DNA of 63,077 nucleotides from an uncultured Christensenellaceae bacterium (GCA_964432485.1 CAYSNP010000004.1:24319-87395); one strand, 5' to 3'; positions 1 through 11,805 are shown, counted from the stretch's first letter. Numbers and translations: made by a program. Notes: generated by a model from the sequence alone, not told the origin.

Positions 1-24
1 AAAGTGAAGCAACGCTTACGCCTG

Positions 25-54
25 CCCTGGATTGCTTCGTGCCTCGCAAAGACG
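25..54 (+). repeat. REP-like palindromic element, copy 1 (CTGGATTGCTTCG-N-CTCGCAAAGACG)
   Basis: ccctggattgcttcgtgcctcgcaaagacg shares both arms with copies at 54763-54882, 54909-54950 and, inverted, 54956-54985; lies ~100 nt downstream of the 3' end of the minus-strand PRC-barrel gene. Confidence 0.8.
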
Positions 55-159
55 TCTTGCAGAGGGTTGTTTAACAGTTTTTATTTAAGCAAAATAAACC
101 TTGCCTTTTAGAGCAAAGCTATCTTACAAAGGTTTTTCAGCTTTTACAAAGAACTTTTT

Positions 160-879
160 CTATTTGCTGTTTAGGCTTAGGTCGATTAATTTGCCTATTT
201 GCTTGGCTTGGGCAATATGGCGAGGGGTAATTATGGTGTCTTTTTTAACAAGAAGCTCTTGATTAATACCTATTATATCCCGCAAAACCCTTCTTCCTAA
301 AAGAAAATTGTAGTTAGATATCACCTTTTCTTTAGGAGCAAAAGAGGCTTGATGCACGGCAGGCTGCGCTAGTGTGTCAGGCTGCGAGGGTGATAGCGCA
401 AGAGGCTCTTCTGCCCTTGGAAGCACCATAGTTTGCGGCGCAGGCAGTCTTTTTTGCAATTGTTTTCTTTGCGTGTTAACAATAATGATTCTGCTTTGCA
501 AGCCTACAATTTTTTGCATCCTTACAGCGTATTCCTTGCTAATAAGGCAGGCGTTTGGGCTAGTGGGCGTAAGTTTTATATCGGTAAGTGCGCCTATATG
601 AAACGCTTTTACATCATAGATTTCTGCGCCTATATCCACAAATACATATTGCTGCTCCCCTTCTATAGGTGCTACCATATCATCTTTTAGTATTGTGATA
701 ATATCGTTATGGCAAAAGACATCTTTGATTTTTAACACCTTTTCTGTATCCTCTTTTTCAATCCCAAGGTAGAATGGTGCTTTAGTGGCTTTTTCTATGT
801 ATACGCCTTTAACCACTCCTAACTCGTTAGCAGTGGAGATACTTACAACCATTTTGTTTTTTATATTGCTGTATAACAT
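160..879 (-). CDS. PRC-barrel domain protein (YrrD/YlmC-like)
   Basis: N-terminal PRC-like pattern (IKNKMVVSISTANELGVVKGVYIE); C-terminal FLLGRRVLRDI...KKDTIIT...AKQIGKL module; SD GGAGGTG upstream. Confidence 0.65.
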   Translation of the reverse strand: MLYSNIKNKMVVSISTANELGVVKGVYIEKATKAPFYLGIEKEDTEKVLKIKDVFCHNDIITILKDDMVAPIEGEQQYVFVDIGAEIYDVKAFHIGALTDIKLTPTSPNACLISKEYAVRMQKIVGLQSRIIIVNTQRKQLQKRLPAPQTMVLPRAEEPLALSPSQPDTLAQPAVHQASFAPKEKVISNYNFLLGRRVLRDIIGINQELLVKKDTIITPRHIAQAKQIGKLIDLSLNSK

Positions 880-1043
880 TTATTCACCTCCATACGATAA
901 TATATTGAAAAAGGTTATTAATTATAACAACGCTACAAATTATTGTTGTGTTAGCCCAATGTATTTGATATAATAACGCAAGGGGCGGCAACTTTTGCCC
1001 TGATTTACTCAAAATAAAGCTAGCCAAAGCGCAAAGGTAGAAT

Positions 1044-2672
1044 ATGTATTTTAGCGATAAAGAAATGACTATGTATCAATACCTAAAAGATTCCTTTACT
1101 GATACTTCTCTTGAACGGATTATTTTTTTTAACAGATCGATAGATATTGCAGAAATGTTAGCTGCTATCAATGGCGTATGCAATTACTTGCTTAGCGAAA
1201 AGGTGCAACCCGGGGGTAGCATAGGGGTATGCCTGCCCAATATACCGCAAGCTATATTTTCTTTTTACGGGGTAAATAAGGCAGGTTGCGTTGCCAATGT
1301 AATCCACCCTTTGATAAGCACCAATGCGCTTGTAAAAATCCTTGAAGAAACCGGGACAAAGATATTGTTCCTTATGGATAGATTCTATGTTCAGCATAGA
1401 GAAGCGTTGGACAAACTGGAATGCAAGGTTATAGTATGCAGGGCAAGCGAGTACTTAAAAGGTGTATATAAGTTAGTTTATCAAAAGCTAGAGCCTAAGG
1501 GACAGGCTAACGATATTTTGTTTAAGGATATTTTATTAGATACTGCGGACAGACCCGCTCGGCCGGGTTCTGCTGATGGTAAAGCAATTTATTTGCATAG
1601 CGGCGGCACTACAGGCGAGCCTAAAACCGTTGTTTTATCAGATTATGCAGTAAATTATTTAGCGGACACCACTATACAAATGACTACTAACAACGGACAT
1701 AGATATTTGCCTTCAGAAAGTATGTTGGTAGTCCTGCCGCTATTTCACGGTTTTGGCTTAACTATCTGTATACATGCCGCTCTAACGCTGGGCAAGCTGG
1801 TGCTTATGCCATCTTTTTCTTCGCATAAAGCGTGCTCGTTGCTGCGTAAGCATAAAATCAACTACCTGGCAGGCGTGCCTAATATGTTTGCAAAAATGAT
1901 GAAGGAAAAGAACTTTGCGGGCAAACATTTGCAGCATATAAAACAGGTTTATTGCGGAGGAGATAAGTTAGCGCCTGAGATAAAAGAGAAATTTGATAGC
2001 TTGCTGGCACAATATGGCAGTAGTGCGGAAATGATAGAAGGGTATGGGTTAACAGAAGTTACCACCGTTTGCACTATGAATTTGATTGGCAAGACCCGCC
2101 CCAATTCCCAAGGTGTGCCGGTAACGGGCGCCAGGATTAAAATATTAGGGCAGGAGGGGCAAGAGTTACCCATAGGCAAAGACGGCGAAATCTTTGTAGA
2201 CAGCCCTGCTGTTATGATGGGCTACTTAAATGACCCTAAAACTACCGCAGAAGTTATGCAACAAGACAAGGATGGTGCTGTATGGATTGCAACGGGGGAT
2301 ATAGGCAAGCTGGACCAAGACGGGTATCTTTACTTTATAGACAGAAAAAAGCGGCTAATTAAGATTGGCGGATTTAATGTATTCCCGGCAGAAATTGAAA
2401 GGGTCATTAGTAAAATGCCGGAAATAGTACATTCTTGCGCTGTAGAAGGGGTGTTTGAAGACAAACCCTGCGTTAAACTGCTGATAGAAATGAATAAAAA
2501 GTTTAAGTTTTCGCATCTAATTGAACAAAAAATTAAGATGCAGATAGAAAAAGAAATCATTAAGTATGCTGTGCCCCGAATTATTGAGGTTGTGCCATAT
2601 TTTAAGCTGACCCAAATAGGCAAAGTGGACTTTAAGTATTACGAAAAAGAGAAAATTAGCCAAAAACCATAA
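1044..2672 (+). CDS. Class I adenylate-forming enzyme, probable long-chain acyl-CoA synthetase
   Basis: ANL motifs LHSGGTTGEPK, PLFHGFG, EGYGLTE, ATGDIG, DRKKRLIKIGG, TQIGKVD. Confidence 0.9.
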   Translation: MYFSDKEMTMYQYLKDSFTDTSLERIIFFNRSIDIAEMLAAINGVCNYLLSEKVQPGGSIGVCLPNIPQAIFSFYGVNKAGCVANVIHPLISTNALVKILEETGTKILFLMDRFYVQHREALDKLECKVIVCRASEYLKGVYKLVYQKLEPKGQANDILFKDILLDTADRPARPGSADGKAIYLHSGGTTGEPKTVVLSDYAVNYLADTTIQMTTNNGHRYLPSESMLVVLPLFHGFGLTICIHAALTLGKLVLMPSFSSHKACSLLRKHKINYLAGVPNMFAKMMKEKNFAGKHLQHIKQVYCGGDKLAPEIKEKFDSLLAQYGSSAEMIEGYGLTEVTTVCTMNLIGKTRPNSQGVPVTGARIKILGQEGQELPIGKDGEIFVDSPAVMMGYLNDPKTTAEVMQQDKDGAVWIATGDIGKLDQDGYLYFIDRKKRLIKIGGFNVFPAEIERVISKMPEIVHSCAVEGVFEDKPCVKLLIEMNKKFKFSHLIEQKIKMQIEKEIIKYAVPRIIEVVPYFKLTQIGKVDFKYYEKEKISQKP

Positions 2673-2751
2673 AATAAGGTATTTACCTTAAATGTTTTTA
2701 CTTATTTTTAACCAATCGGAAAAGATTTACTTTTAATTACTCCATTTAGGA

Positions 2752-2780
2752 TTGAAAAAACTTCAGTTAGCCATTATAAT
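2752..2780 (+). promoter_or_regulatory. sigma-A promoter of ispE, probably giving a leaderless mRNA
   Basis: TTGAAA (2752-2757), 17 nt, TATAAT (2775-2780); ATG follows 6 nt later with no SD. Confidence 0.7.
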
Positions 2781-2786
2781 AGAGTT

Positions 2787-3701
2787 ATGGCAAATATTCC
2801 CAATGCTTTTACAGCCTTTGCTAAGGTTAACTTTTCTTTGGATATTACCGGCAAAAGGGATGACGGGTATCATAATCTTGATACCGTAGCTTGCTTGATT
2901 GATTTATACAACCTTGTAAAAGTAAGCAAGTCAAGTTTGCCTAGCTCCGGCTATAGTTTAACTTTTTCGCAAAGCATTAAGCGTATTTATGGCAAAGAGC
3001 TTGCGGAAATTGACTTCAAAAAAGCGGCATTAAAGCTGGCTGAGGAGATAAGAAGCAGTTACAAGACCCCTGCGGTAAATATCGAAGTAGAGGTAAATAT
3101 CCCTTTTGGGGTAGGGCTGGGCGGCTCAAGTGCAGATGCAGGAGCGGTAGCATATTTAATGGGCAGGCTATTTAATATAGCAGAAATAGATGAGCAAATA
3201 TTGCGCTCTGCAGGTGCAGATGTCCCCTTTTTTTATCATAGCTATTGCTGTAGCGGTGCAAAAAGGGTGCAAGAGATAGGCAGCGTTAAAGATAGCTTGC
3301 CTTACAAGCAACTGTACATTGCGCTAGCTTGGACAAAGGCGAAAGCCAATACTGCAGATATATTTGCAGGCTTTGAGGAAAGTAAAAAGGTTGCCCATAT
3401 CAATATAGATAGGGTTGCCGACTACTTTACGGGTAAGACAAGGTTGGAGCATTTGCAACTGAGCAATGCTTTAGAGGATAGCGCATTGCGCCATTCTCCC
3501 AATATAGCCCGCTCTAAACAATGTCTTTTGGATGCAGGGTTTTCTAAGGTAGTGATGACAGGCGCCGGCTCAGGCTTTATAGGTATAGAAGAAGATAAGG
3601 CTGCCTTTGCGCAAAAATATAACATATTGCAGAATATTGCTGTAAGTGATATACAGTTAGGGGCGTATAAAACAATTAACAACAGAGGTGAAAATGGCTA
3701 A
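2787..3701 (+). CDS. ispE: 4-diphosphocytidyl-2-C-methyl-D-erythritol kinase
   Basis: AKVNFSLDITGKRDDGYHNL, IPFGVGLGGSSADA (GHMP), GADVPFF, MTGAGS. Confidence 0.9.
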   Translation: MANIPNAFTAFAKVNFSLDITGKRDDGYHNLDTVACLIDLYNLVKVSKSSLPSSGYSLTFSQSIKRIYGKELAEIDFKKAALKLAEEIRSSYKTPAVNIEVEVNIPFGVGLGGSSADAGAVAYLMGRLFNIAEIDEQILRSAGADVPFFYHSYCCSGAKRVQEIGSVKDSLPYKQLYIALAWTKAKANTADIFAGFEESKKVAHINIDRVADYFTGKTRLEHLQLSNALEDSALRHSPNIARSKQCLLDAGFSKVVMTGAGSGFIGIEEDKAAFAQKYNILQNIAVSDIQLGAYKTINNRGENG

Positions 3702-5586
3702 AAGAGCATGTGACTTTCCTATTTATCTCTTTAACGAAGGCACTAATTACGAAAGCTATAGGCTAATGCGTGCAAGTTATGTAGTAAAGAGCAAGCATAA
3801 GGCTTGGCGGTTTCGCACTTGGGCGCCTTGTGCGGAGAGCATAAGCATTGTAGGCGACTTTAATAAGTGGTCTATAGGTGAGCATCCAATGAAGCCAATA
3901 GGCGGCGGAATATGGGAGGGCTACATTAAGGGCTTAAAAAAGTTCGACAATTATAAGTTTGCTATAACTGATAAATTTAACAGGACATTTCTAAAAGCAG
4001 ACCCCTTTGCCTTGCATGCGGAAACTCCGCCCAGCACAGCCAGCAAAATCTATGATATTTCAGGTTTTAAGTGGAGCGATGCCAAGTTTTTGCAGGAGCG
4101 CAAAGACAGGCAGCATTTTTCTTTGCCAATGAATATTTACGAGGTTCACGCAGGCAGCTTTAAGCGTAACAACGGGCAAAAGATTAGTTATATAGAACTT
4201 GCGGACACCCTTATACCTTATGTAAAAGATATGGGCTATACTCATATTGAGCTTATGCCCTTGACCGAATATCCTTTTGGGGGCAGTTGGGGCTATCAAG
4301 CTACAGGGCTTTATGCCCCTACCTCCCGTTACGGAACTCCGCATGATTTTATGTATTTTGTCAATAAATGCCATGAGAACGGTATTTATGTAATACTTGA
4401 CTTTGTGATTTCTCACTACCCTAAAGATGCTTTTGGGCTGTATGAGTATGACGGAACTAAGCTATATGAATACGCTGACCCAAATAAAATGGAGCATAAA
4501 ACCTGGGGCACTCGTGTATATGACTATTCTAAGCCTCAGGTGCAAAGTTTTCTTATTTCTGCGGTAAACTTTTGGCTAGAATACTATCATATTGACGGGA
4601 TTCGCCTAGATGCGGTAGCAAGTATGCTATATCTCAACTATGACAGAAAAGAGGGCGAATGGCAGCCCAATCAAGAAGGCGGAATAATTAATTTGGAGGC
4701 AAAAGCATTTTTGCAAAAGCTAAATAAAGCGGTGCTTACTAAAAATCCCGGAGTTATTATGATAGCAGAAGAAAGTACAGCTTTTCCTATGATAACTATG
4801 CCTCAGGATATAGGAGGGCTGGGATTCCACTATAAATGGAATATGGGCTGGATGAACGATACCTTAGATTATATTAAAGTAGACCCTTTCTTTAGAAAAG
4901 ACCACCATAATAAGCTGACTTTTTCCTTAACTTACGCCTTTAGCGAGAATTATATACTGCCTTTTTCGCATGATGAAGTGGTGCATGGCAAAGCCAGTAT
5001 GGTTAGCAAGATACCTGGGGAGTATGCCAAAAAGTTTGAAGGCCTTAAAGCTCTTTGCGTATACCAAATGACGCACCCCGGCAAAAAACTCAATTTTATG
5101 GGTAATGAAATTGCACAATTTATAGAATGGGACTATCGCAAGGAGTTGGATTGGATGTTGCTTGATTATAAAACTCATTTAGATTTTCATAATTTTATAA
5201 AGAGGTTAAACCATTTTTATAAAGTTGATGCGCCCTTATATGAGCAAGATTGCCGTGCCGAAGGTTTTAAGTGGATAGTAGTAGATGATAAAGCACAAAA
5301 TGTAATTGCTTATTCTCGATACGACTGTAAAGGTGATGAGACCATAATTGTAATTAATTTTGCGGATGCGGACAGAAGTAGTTACCGTATAGGAGTAGAC
5401 CGATTAGGCAAGTATAGTATAGTTCTCGACTCTTTAGGTATCCAAGATGATAGTTCTGGGCAACCAAAGGGCTTGTTATCAGCTCAAGAAGTGCCAAGTC
5501 ATGGCAGAGAGTACAGTATAGAGTTTACTTTACTTGCCAATCAAGCACTTATAATAAAAAATAACGGGGACAAAGGAGATATATAA
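3694..5586 (+). CDS. glgB: 1,4-alpha-glucan branching enzyme
   Basis: [50 protein letters not shown]; ATG 3694 after SD GAGGTG, overlapping the ispE end. Confidence 0.97.
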   Translation: MAKRACDFPIYLFNEGTNYESYRLMRASYVVKSKHKAWRFRTWAPCAESISIVGDFNKWSIGEHPMKPIGGGIWEGYIKGLKKFDNYKFAITDKFNRTFLKADPFALHAETPPSTASKIYDISGFKWSDAKFLQERKDRQHFSLPMNIYEVHAGSFKRNNGQKISYIELADTLIPYVKDMGYTHIELMPLTEYPFGGSWGYQATGLYAPTSRYGTPHDFMYFVNKCHENGIYVILDFVISHYPKDAFGLYEYDGTKLYEYADPNKMEHKTWGTRVYDYSKPQVQSFLISAVNFWLEYYHIDGIRLDAVASMLYLNYDRKEGEWQPNQEGGIINLEAKAFLQKLNKAVLTKNPGVIMIAEESTAFPMITMPQDIGGLGFHYKWNMGWMNDTLDYIKVDPFFRKDHHNKLTFSLTYAFSENYILPFSHDEVVHGKASMVSKIPGEYAKKFEGLKALCVYQMTHPGKKLNFMGNEIAQFIEWDYRKELDWMLLDYKTHLDFHNFIKRLNHFYKVDAPLYEQDCRAEGFKWIVVDDKAQNVIAYSRYDCKGDETIIVINFADADRSSYRIGVDRLGKYSIVLDSLGIQDDSSGQPKGLLSAQEVPSHGREYSIEFTLLANQALIIKNNGDKGDI

Positions 5587-5587
5587 T

Positions 5588-6793
5588 ATGGGTATAAAGA
5601 GGAAAGAAATGATAGCCATGCTTCTTGCGGGCGGGCAAGGCACCAGGTTAGGCACACTTACCGAAAATGTAGCCAAGCCTGCTGTGCCATTTGGCGGTAA
5701 GTATCGGATAATAGATTTTACATTATCCAACTCCATCAATTCGGGCATTGATACAATAGGGGTGCTTACTCAATACAAACCGTTTGAGCTGAATCAGTAT
5801 ATTGGTAGCGGTCAGCCTTGGGATTTGGATAGGGTTGCCGGCGGCGCTTTTATACTGCCGCCATATCAGCAAGCCAAAAAGGGCGAATGGTACAAAGGGA
5901 CAGCCAATGCAATTTTTCAAAACATTGGATTTATCGACCGCTACAATCCACATTATGTGCTGGTACTGTCAGGCGACCATATTTATAAAATGGATTACAG
6001 CCAAATGTTAAAAGCACATCAAGAAAAGCAAGCGGATTGCACCATTGCGGTAATTAATGTGCCAATAGAGGAAGCCAGCCGATTTGGCATAATGAATACG
6101 CATTCGGATGGCGAAATTTACGAGTTTGAGGAAAAGCCGAAAGAGCCTAAAAGCACAAAAGCATCTATGGGCATCTACATATTTACTTGGGAAAAGCTGC
6201 GGACTTATCTATATCTAGATGAGCAAAATCCTAAGAGCGACAATGATTTTGGCAAAAATGTTATACCTATGATGCTTGCGGATTCTCAAAGGATGTTTGC
6301 TTATGAGTTTGATGGGTATTGGAAAGATGTAGGCACAATAAGCTCACTTTGGGAAGCGAATATGGATATCTTAAAAACAGAGGGCGGCTTGGATTTAGAG
6401 GACAGAAAGTTCAAGATTTATGCACGCAATACTGCAGAGCCGCCTCACTATTTGGGCGAGGGCTCTAAGGTTAACAATTCTATAATAAGCGAAGGCTGCA
6501 ATATAGACGGTGAGGTTATCAATTCGATTGTATTCCGTGGTGCAGATATAGAAAAGGGGGCGGTGGTAAAGGACAGTATTGTTATGCCTGACGCTATTGT
6601 TAAAAGGGGTGCTGTGGTAGCACATTCCATAGTGGCTTGGGAGGCAATTGTAGGCGAAGGCGCACATATAGGAGAGTATCAAACCGCACCCATTGCAGGC
6701 GAATGGCGTATAGCTGTAGTCAGTCCGCAATGTAGCGTGCCGCCCGGAGCCAAAGTGGCAAGCGGCGAAATGTGCAGAGGAGGTGCAAAATGA
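5588..6793 (+). CDS. glgC: Glucose-1-phosphate adenylyltransferase
   Basis: [56 protein letters not shown]. Confidence 0.97.
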   Translation: MGIKRKEMIAMLLAGGQGTRLGTLTENVAKPAVPFGGKYRIIDFTLSNSINSGIDTIGVLTQYKPFELNQYIGSGQPWDLDRVAGGAFILPPYQQAKKGEWYKGTANAIFQNIGFIDRYNPHYVLVLSGDHIYKMDYSQMLKAHQEKQADCTIAVINVPIEEASRFGIMNTHSDGEIYEFEEKPKEPKSTKASMGIYIFTWEKLRTYLYLDEQNPKSDNDFGKNVIPMMLADSQRMFAYEFDGYWKDVGTISSLWEANMDILKTEGGLDLEDRKFKIYARNTAEPPHYLGEGSKVNNSIISEGCNIDGEVINSIVFRGADIEKGAVVKDSIVMPDAIVKRGAVVAHSIVAWEAIVGEGAHIGEYQTAPIAGEWRIAVVSPQCSVPPGAKVASGEMCRGGAK

Positions 6794-7902
6794 TTAATGT
6801 AATGAGCGTATTATTTGCAGCCGGTAACGATTCTAAATTAAATGAGTTAACAATCCATAGAACAACCGCATCTATGCCTTTTGGCGGCAGGTATCGGCTT
6901 ATTGACTTTACCCTAAGCAATCTTGTAAACAGCGGTATAACTACAATAGGCATTATTACCCGCAGCCATTACAGCTCGCTTATGGACCATATCAGAATGG
7001 GGCGTGATTGGGACTTAAACCGTAAAAACAGCGGGATAGCAGTATTTCCTCCTTATGCGTACAATATCAATCACGATGTTTTCAAAAGTAAGATAGAAGC
7101 AATACATACCATACTTGACTATATAGAAAAAGCCAAAGAGGATTATGTAATAATCAGCAATTGCAATATAGCGGGCAATATGGACTTTGATGCCATATAC
7201 AATGAGCATATAGAGCAAGGCGCAGATATTACAATCCTGTGCAAGCGTTTGCCTTCTACTACCGGCAGGCGTATTATTATAGAAAAAGATGCTGGCAATA
7301 ATGTAACGGATATGTATGTTTCTGAAAGCGCAGGAGAGGAAGAGCATCTTATTGGGCTGGATATTTACCTAATGAAAAAAGACCTTTTAATCAATTTAGT
7401 CAGTCATGCCTTTGCGCACGGTTACAATGACCTCGAAAAGGATATTTTATTCAAATTAATTGGCGTAAAGCAGTTGAAAGCCAAAGAAATAACCGGCTAT
7501 GTTTCCATAATAGACGATGTCAAGACTTACTATTATGAAAGTATGAAATTGCTGGACAGAAAATTGAGGGATGAGCTTTTTTCTGAACAAAATAAGATAT
7601 ATACCAAAATAAAAGACAGCACTCCTACCAAGTATCTTTCCAATGCAATAGTTAAAAATAGTCTTATAGCAGACGGATGCCAAATTGACGGTGAGGTAGC
7701 AGATTCTATCTTATTCCGTAATGTAACAATAGAAAAAGGTGCTAAGGTTAAAAATAGCATAATTATGGAAGGCGGACATATAATGCAAAACTCAACTATT
7801 AGCTATGCCATTACAGACAAATCCGTAACCATAAAGGAAAACCGCAGCATTTCAGGTTATCAGTCTTATCCTGTTGTTTTGGTAAAAAATAAGGTGATTT
7901 AG
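6790..7902 (+). CDS. glgD: Glucose-1-phosphate adenylyltransferase subunit GlgD
   Basis: [40 protein letters not shown]; ATGA overlap with the glgC stop. Confidence 0.93.
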   Translation: MINVMSVLFAAGNDSKLNELTIHRTTASMPFGGRYRLIDFTLSNLVNSGITTIGIITRSHYSSLMDHIRMGRDWDLNRKNSGIAVFPPYAYNINHDVFKSKIEAIHTILDYIEKAKEDYVIISNCNIAGNMDFDAIYNEHIEQGADITILCKRLPSTTGRRIIIEKDAGNNVTDMYVSESAGEEEHLIGLDIYLMKKDLLINLVSHAFAHGYNDLEKDILFKLIGVKQLKAKEITGYVSIIDDVKTYYYESMKLLDRKLRDELFSEQNKIYTKIKDSTPTKYLSNAIVKNSLIADGCQIDGEVADSILFRNVTIEKGAKVKNSIIMEGGHIMQNSTISYAITDKSVTIKENRSISGYQSYPVVLVKNKVI

Positions 7903-7904
7903 CA

Positions 7905-9326
7905 ATGAAAATACTATATGCAACCTCAGAAGCTGCACCATTTTTGCGTTCAGGCGGACTAGGCGATGTAGCAGGCGCATTGCCAAAAGCATTGCTTAAA
8001 GAAGGTGTGGATATTAGGGTAATTATGCCATTTTATTCGGGCATCCCGCAAAATCTTAGGAAAGAAGCGCAGGCTTTGGGCTCTTGTACCGTGCAACTTG
8101 CTTGGAGAACGCAGTACGCAGGTGTATATTCTGCGCTATATGAGGGCGTAACATATTATTTTATTGACAATGAGTATTACTTTGCAAGAAAAGAATTATA
8201 TGGTCATTATGATGATGGTGAGCGATTTGCTTTTTTTGCAATGGCAATACTGCAAACAATGGAGCTTACAGGCTTTTATCCCGATGTGTTGCATTGCAAC
8301 GATTGGCAAACAGCGCTAGCCCCGTTATTTTTAGATGCTTTTTATAGAAAGGGAGAAAAGTATAGCAATATTAAGAGTGTGCTAACTATACATAATATAC
8401 AGTATCAAGGTAGTTACGACACCTATGTAATAGGGGATGTCTTTGGTATCCCTGAGAGCCTGGCTAACATAGTATGTTATAACGGTAGTGCCAATATGCT
8501 AAAAGCAGGGATAGAATCTGCCAATATAGTTACCACCGTATCACAAACTTATGCGCAGGAGATTCTTACTTCTTATTTTGCTTATGGGCTGGAGGATATA
8601 CTTGCTCAAAGGGCATATAAGCTAAAGGGCATAGTCAACGGTATTGATACAGAAAAATATAATCCGCTTAAAGATAAAGCTCTAAAAGTCGGCTATTCCT
8701 GGCGCAGTCCCGCTCGTAAGGTGCAAAATAAAAATAATTTGCAAAAAGGGCTGGGGTTAGAAGTTTGTGACAAGCCGCTGATAGGTATGGTCACAAGGCT
8801 AACAGGGCATAAAGGGCTGGATTTAGTAGTTAGGGTATTGCATGATATTCTTAATTTGGGTATCCAAATGGTGATTCTGGGTACCGGAGAAAGGGAGTAT
8901 GAGCTAGCATTGCGTAAGATTATGGCAGAAAGAGCGGACAATAGATTAAGGGTAAAGATAGCCTTTTCTGACGAATGGGCAAGCAAAATCTATGCCGGAG
9001 CTGATATTTTTTTGATGCCTAGCAAAAGCGAGCCTTGCGGGCTGGCGCAGCTCATTGCCTTGCGTTATGGCACTATCCCGGTAGTGCGGCGCACAGGCGG
9101 ACTTGCTGATACCGTGCAAGCATTTGATTTGGGGAAGGGGACGGGCAACGGTTTTGATTTTGTAACTTACAATGCGCATGATATGCTGGATGCGGTACGC
9201 AGAGCTGTAAATACTTATTATAATAAGGATTTATGGAAAATTATTATGAAAAATGCTATGAAAGGAGATTACTCCTGGAATAAATCCGCAAAGCTATATA
9301 AGGATTTGTATAAATCTTTGACTTAA
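7905..9326 (+). CDS. glgA: Glycogen synthase
   Basis: RSGGLGDVAGALP (KxGGL-type), HCNDWQT, TIHNIQYQG, MPSKSEPCGL. Confidence 0.97.
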   Translation: MKILYATSEAAPFLRSGGLGDVAGALPKALLKEGVDIRVIMPFYSGIPQNLRKEAQALGSCTVQLAWRTQYAGVYSALYEGVTYYFIDNEYYFARKELYGHYDDGERFAFFAMAILQTMELTGFYPDVLHCNDWQTALAPLFLDAFYRKGEKYSNIKSVLTIHNIQYQGSYDTYVIGDVFGIPESLANIVCYNGSANMLKAGIESANIVTTVSQTYAQEILTSYFAYGLEDILAQRAYKLKGIVNGIDTEKYNPLKDKALKVGYSWRSPARKVQNKNNLQKGLGLEVCDKPLIGMVTRLTGHKGLDLVVRVLHDILNLGIQMVILGTGEREYELALRKIMAERADNRLRVKIAFSDEWASKIYAGADIFLMPSKSEPCGLAQLIALRYGTIPVVRRTGGLADTVQAFDLGKGTGNGFDFVTYNAHDMLDAVRRAVNTYYNKDLWKIIMKNAMKGDYSWNKSAKLYKDLYKSLT

Positions 9327-9386
9327 AATTAGCCTCAACCCCGGATGTGTGCTATAGGGTAGGGCAAAGCTGACAAAGGAGAAAGA

Positions 9387-11804
9387 ATGAAGCACTTAAC
9401 TTATACGGAGCTGAAAAAAGGAATAGAATTAGAGCTGGCAAAAATTTTTGGCGTAAGGTCTGATAAAGCGGGTGAGGAGCAAGTATACAATGCCTTATCC
9501 AGAGTTGTAAAAGATTATACTACTGAACAAAGGATAGATTTTAAGGAGCATTCTCACAAGTTAAAGAAAGTTTATTATATGTCTATGGAGTTTTTACTAG
9601 GACGCTCTTTGCATAACCACCTTTTTAATTTAGGGCTGCTGGAAAAGGCAAGAAAAGCGGTAGAGGAGCTAGGTTTTGACTTTGACAAAGTTTGCGAAAT
9701 AGAAATTGATGCAGGGCTGGGCAACGGCGGGCTAGGGCGTCTTGCCGCTTGTTATATGGATAGCTTAACTACCTTGGGATATCCTGCCAGCGGCTTTTCC
9801 ATAAGGTATGACTATGGTATTTTTGCGCAAAGGATAGTGGATAACGAGCAAGCAGAACGCCCTGACTATTGGCTTAAGACCGGCGATGTTTGGCTAAAAG
9901 AGCGCAGCGAAACTTATGAGGTTAAGTTTGGGGGCTGTGTGGAAGAAGTTTTACAAGACGGCAAAATGGTATTTAACCATATACCTCAAACTATTATTTT
10001 AGCTGTGCCTTATGATATGAATATTACAGGCTATAACAGCCTAATAGTCAACTCCCTACGTCTTTGGAGCGCAAAGAGCAAGTCCGAGCTGGATATGAGC
10101 GCTTTTGCAAGGGGGGAGTATCTAAAGGCAATAGAAGAAAGAGCTATGGCGGAGGCTATCAGCAAGGTGCTTTATCCTGCAGATGACCATATAGAAGGTA
10201 AAGCACTTAGGCTAAAGCAGCAATACTTCTTTGTATCCGCTTCTGTGCAAAATATCTTGTCCAATCACCTTAAATACAATCCGTCGCTGGATAACCTTGC
10301 CGAAAAGGTGGCTATTCATATCAATGACACTCATCCCGCTCTTTGTATACCCGAGCTGATGAGGCTGCTGGTAGATGAGCACGGTTACGGTTGGGAGCAG
10401 GCTTGGGAAATTACCACCAATACAGTATCTTATACTAACCATACAGTAATGCAAGAGGCGCTTGAGAGGTGGCCTGAGCATCTTTTTGTTAGCTTGTTGC
10501 CCAGAATTACGCAGGTAGTCCACGAGATTAACAGACGCTATTGCAATATGCTTTTTGATATTTATCCGGGGCAATGGGAGCGGATAGGCAGAGAAGCAAT
10601 AGTGGCTTACGGCGAAATAAAAATGGCAACCTTGTGTTTGGTAGCATCGCATAAAGTCAATGGTGTATCCAAGCTGCACAGTGAGATATTAAAGAACGAT
10701 GTATTTAATGAATACTATAAAATTGCCCCTGAAAAATTCACCAATGTAACCAATGGCATAGCTTACCGCAGATGGCTGCTTGAAGCTAATCCACGATATT
10801 CTGCCTTGATTACAGAGCTGATTGGCAACAAATACAAGACCCAACCTGACGAGCTGGCAAAATTACTGCCTTTTGCTGACGACAAAAGCGTGCTTGAGCG
10901 TGCCTTTGCTATTAAAAAAGCTAATAAGCAAGATTTAGCCAAGCTGATACACAAAAGAAACGGTATAATTGTAGACCCTGACAGCATTTACGATGTGCAT
11001 ATCAAGCGCATTCACGAATACAAAAGGCAGCTGTTAAATGTTTTTCATATTATAGACTTATATTTTAGGCTGAAAAAAGGCAAAGCCAACGATATTACCC
11101 CCCGCACCTTTATATTTGCAGGCAAAAGCGCACCCAGCTATTATATAGCCAAACAAGTTATTAAGCTAATCAATATACTTGCTAAGTTTATCAATGCGGA
11201 TAAAGAGATAAAAGATAAGTTAAAAGTAGTATTTTTAGAAAATTATTCTGTTTCTTTGGCAGAAGCCATCATTCCGGCAAGCAATATCAGCGAACAGATA
11301 AGTGTAGCAGGTAAAGAAGCATCAGGCACAGGCAATATGAAGTTTATGATTAACGGAGCGGTTACCTTAGGCACAATGGATGGCGCTAATATAGAGATTT
11401 TTGAGCAAGTTGGTGCAGAAAATATGTTTATTTTCGGGCTAAATGCTCAAGAGACCGCCGCACTTGCGCCTAGCTACAATCCCCATGATGTTTACAATGC
11501 GGATGCTAGGATTATAGCAATTATCGATGCGCTTGCTAGCGGCTATTTTGGCGAAGAATTTACTGATTTAGTTAAGTCGCTGCTTGGCGGTGCAAGCGGT
11601 CCGAAAGGTGCTGATGCATATATGGTGCTTAAAGATTTTGACAGTTATGCAGCAGCACAAGACAAGGCAGACAAGGTTTACAAAGATGTTTACACCTTTA
11701 GCAAAATGGCATTTGTCAATACTGCTAAGGCGGGCTTCTTTGCCTCTGACAGAAGCGTGGAAGAATATGTAGAGGGCATTTGGCATTTGCAAAAATATAA
11801 ATAA
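9387..11804 (+). CDS. glgP: Glycogen/maltodextrin phosphorylase
   Basis: SMEFLLGR, GLGNGGLGRLAAC, INDTHP, YTNHT, KRIHEYKRQ, EASGTGNMKF (PLP lysine). Confidence 0.97.
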   Translation: MKHLTYTELKKGIELELAKIFGVRSDKAGEEQVYNALSRVVKDYTTEQRIDFKEHSHKLKKVYYMSMEFLLGRSLHNHLFNLGLLEKARKAVEELGFDFDKVCEIEIDAGLGNGGLGRLAACYMDSLTTLGYPASGFSIRYDYGIFAQRIVDNEQAERPDYWLKTGDVWLKERSETYEVKFGGCVEEVLQDGKMVFNHIPQTIILAVPYDMNITGYNSLIVNSLRLWSAKSKSELDMSAFARGEYLKAIEERAMAEAISKVLYPADDHIEGKALRLKQQYFFVSASVQNILSNHLKYNPSLDNLAEKVAIHINDTHPALCIPELMRLLVDEHGYGWEQAWEITTNTVSYTNHTVMQEALERWPEHLFVSLLPRITQVVHEINRRYCNMLFDIYPGQWERIGREAIVAYGEIKMATLCLVASHKVNGVSKLHSEILKNDVFNEYYKIAPEKFTNVTNGIAYRRWLLEANPRYSALITELIGNKYKTQPDELAKLLPFADDKSVLERAFAIKKANKQDLAKLIHKRNGIIVDPDSIYDVHIKRIHEYKRQLLNVFHIIDLYFRLKKGKANDITPRTFIFAGKSAPSYYIAKQVIKLINILAKFINADKEIKDKLKVVFLENYSVSLAEAIIPASNISEQISVAGKEASGTGNMKFMINGAVTLGTMDGANIEIFEQVGAENMFIFGLNAQETAALAPSYNPHDVYNADARIIAIIDALASGYFGEEFTDLVKSLLGGASGPKGADAYMVLKDFDSYAAAQDKADKVYKDVYTFSKMAFVNTAKAGFFASDRSVEEYVEGIWHLQKYK

Positions 11805-11805
11805 A

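Noticed and set aside
980-1043. Riboswitch upstream of the acyl-CoA synthetase
   Set aside because: Only a 4-bp GGCA/TGCC hairpin, with no conserved aptamer motif recognised.
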